Source: Amphiscolops sp. MND2022
Lineage: Eukaryota
Direction: 5' to 3'
NCBI GenBank assembly: GCA_964187785.1
Contig: OZ076409.1
Span: forward strand, 33,854,001-33,918,000
Length of the DNA: 64,000 nt
The notes under the pieces are model-generated. The model was not told the DNA's origin. It saw nothing but the letters and a program-made list of their open reading frames with translations, and did not search any database. Position 1 is the stretch's first letter. The number at the start of each line of letters is the position of its first letter. Shown here piece after piece: positions 61,429-64,000 of this stretch. Both the position numbers and the translations under genes were made by a program.

Positions 61429-64000
61429 TGTAACGGCAAGCTCTGGTACAGCAATATCAACCGACGTGTTTAGAAAATTTTGTCAAAAATTCGTTCAAAT
61501 TTGACGTGGCACTCAAACATGCTCAAGACGAAGTACCTGCCAGAAAAAGCACCCCAGAAAAGCAGAAATCGCCGCTCGCGACGAACAAGCACCGGAGACG
61601 ACTAAAAGACGTCCCCAACGCATACAGAACACGGTATGTGTCCATCTCTAGGAGATATCCATTACTACAGTAAAGGAAACCGGTGTTCCAGATGTTCGCC
61701 TGAGTATCCCTGCGGTATCCTGTGTGGCAACTAGCGCTAGCGCTGGGAAGCTGAGGTCAATTTTCATCAAATGACTCTGAACTCTTGATCTCTTGTTGTA
61801 TTTTTGATGTGGTAAATTAATATGCTCGAGAGCTGTTGTTTAACATCTGTTTATCCAATTTGGCGATTTTATCAGATTCTCCAATATTACGGTTCAACCG
61901 TCATCAATTTTCAGCCCGATTTTTAAAGGCTAGTCGAGCAGTGGTCTTGAGTCTTGCAAGGTGCCTGTTACTTTTAGCAGTTACAGACTAGGACCAGGCC
62001 AGAGAGTATAATACAAGACGGTTCCCCCACCTTGGGACTGGCTCCTTCGGAGGGAAAATGAGCTAGAGCCGCGGAGATCTGGGTCCCAGATTATATTCGC
62101 TGTTCTGGTTCCTCCACCCTACGTTGCGGTTCAAGCGCCAGCGCTTATCGTTACATTGAAACTCATTTTTTGGCGACCACAGAGGGCTTTCCCTAGCGGT
62201 TTTTAAAAGATCTGGCCCCCTGGTGATCAGCGCCAAGCCCGTTTTCGACTCTGGACAGGAGAGAAGCAGAGTTTTACCTCTTTTTAGTCGTATTACGTCT
62301 TACTGGAACTGGGAGAGGCGTTGAACCAGAGAAAATGCCGAAGAAAACGTGTTTTCAGGTGTGAAAATGGTATTTTTGGGCATTTTAGAAGGAAATCGCT
62401 CCTTAGGTGTGATGTGTTGTGTACCCATCAGCGGGTACCTTTTTGCAGGTGTAGAGGACCGTAGCACGTGGCTACGGGTGTCTAACAGGTTTTTTGAGCT
62501 ATTTTCAGCCATTTTATGCCATGCAAGAGGGTAACGGATGGATGGTTTACCATACTCCAGCGAGGCGAAGGAAGGGACGAATCTTGTGTTGCCTACTTCC
62601 TATTCCCATTTCTCGTGGAGACGTCCTAGAGGCATGGTTTTTGGTGGACAGCAAGTGCAACGACAGACGGTGCTAATGGTCCCACCCGCGTGTTTCTGTC
62701 TGGTCTAGATGTGGAGAAATAACGTGGTGAAGATGCATCCCTTGTGACCAGATGTGTCGCTCAGATGGAGTATGGTTGGCGAAAATTTCGAAAATACACC
62801 TCTTTCGATGGAGAATCGTTGGTGCAGGTCAGTGACGTTCTACTATAAATGTAACGACACCCTACGAAGTGCTTTTCTGCGAAAAAGATAGCACTTGGAG
62901 AAAAAACCTCATTTTTGCGTTTTTTTGGTGTTTTTCTTGGTTTCGAGCACTAGTGCTCACAGAAGCCAGGAAAGTTTAGTAGAAAGTTTTGAAAAAGCAG
63001 CTGCAAGGCTCGAGAAAGCCGGCACGAGGCACGAAAGGTGAAGTTGAAGCCTTTGATTGTGATAAAAGTGCCAATTTGATGCCGAAAAATGTGAAAAAAG
63101 TGGAAATTTGGCCAAAAAGGCACCCAAAATGTGAACGTACACGAGTGTGGAAGTGTAAAATGACAGTGTACGGCACTGCCCCAAGTGTGGTTGACCCTCA
63201 GGATAGTAATTGCAACTTTTGTAGCGGACTCAGGCAGCCTGGGGCTGATACAGTGTGAAAGACTTGTGATTTTTTGCATTTTCGAGCAGAGAAAGTGCAT
63301 TAACCGAAAACACCCAGACCGAAGTTTATTCGAAGAGAGCGGGCTCGAGCGCTCTCATTTTCGATGTTAGCAGCAAAAACGACGCATCGTGGTGAAAACC
63401 GCGTGCAAAAATTCCTTTTCAGTGCTGAGAAAAGTGGAAAAACGCACTGAATTTGATCAATTGTCCACAAAACTGGACTGTCGCTGAGCTAGGGTCGGGT
63501 CATCGATTCCTGAACCCTAGCCAAAAAGTGGTTGCATTTTCGTAACTACCACAAACATTAACGTTAGTGCCGAAAATTTGGTGAGCGTGTCGCTCACCAA
63601 AGTCGAGAAAAGCTCTCTGACGTTTCGACTTCAGAAAAGCATAAAAAAGCCGAAAATAACCATAACTGCAGGATTGTCAGTGCCCTATACCTAAAGGCAC
63701 AACCAATTGAGGGTTTATCCCAGTGCTACGGATAGTGGGGCAACATGTTGGTCCCATTTTGCCTGCCGTATCACTTTCTGAGGTGATCCTCTTGATCAAT
63801 TTGTGAAAAAAGTCGTCAAAAAAAGTGTTTTTTGGTGTACAACGTACATAGTGGGTCGAAACCTCAAATAAGCGTTCGCGCTTTAATTCGACCATCTTAG
63901 TGGCATTGTAGGTGCCCATTGGCGTAAACTACTAAGTTTGGTGCCGATCCGTGTGATACTTGTCGAGAAAATAGAAAAAACGTGGAGCCCAAAAAGGTGT
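61429..64000 (+). mobile_element. LTR retrotransposon D, same subfamily as A, cut off by the window end (5' LTR 61429-62155, PBS 62171, leader)
   Basis: Closely colinear with 1210-~3995 apart from small indels. Preceded by TGA. Confidence 0.93.

Overview
Repeat-rich metazoan genomic DNA; the organism cannot be determined from the sequence alone. The host content is two tandem + strand prolyl 4-hydroxylase alpha-subunit (P4HA-like) genes. The window holds the last exon of one (481-680) and a complete 7-coding-exon gene of about 512 aa (23326-60892) whose introns are inflated by transposons. The dominant mobile elements are four copies of one unusual Ty3/Gypsy LTR lineage: A 1210-7364 (+), B 7428-15373 (-), C 26299-39187 (+) and D 61429-end (+). 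All three complete copies are flanked by 3-bp target duplications (TAA, TAG, TGA) rather than the canonical 4-6 bp. All four place a tRNA-Arg-type PBS exactly 15 nt from the LTR and share a multi-kb leader. A and B are young, lack pol and each keeps one intact coiled-coil ORF; B's ORF also has three AT-hook motifs. C is a decayed gag-pol copy with an extra ~3.5 kb unidentified 3' coding region that may contain an intron. Also present: two decayed Mag-like Gypsy elements, a Tc1 remnant, a hAT element whose TSD duplicates a P4HA splice acceptor, a Merlin-like MITE, Helentron-like repeats carrying a tRNA-like module, 17-bp arrays and a perfect 112-bp palindrome. All alignments were made by eye.
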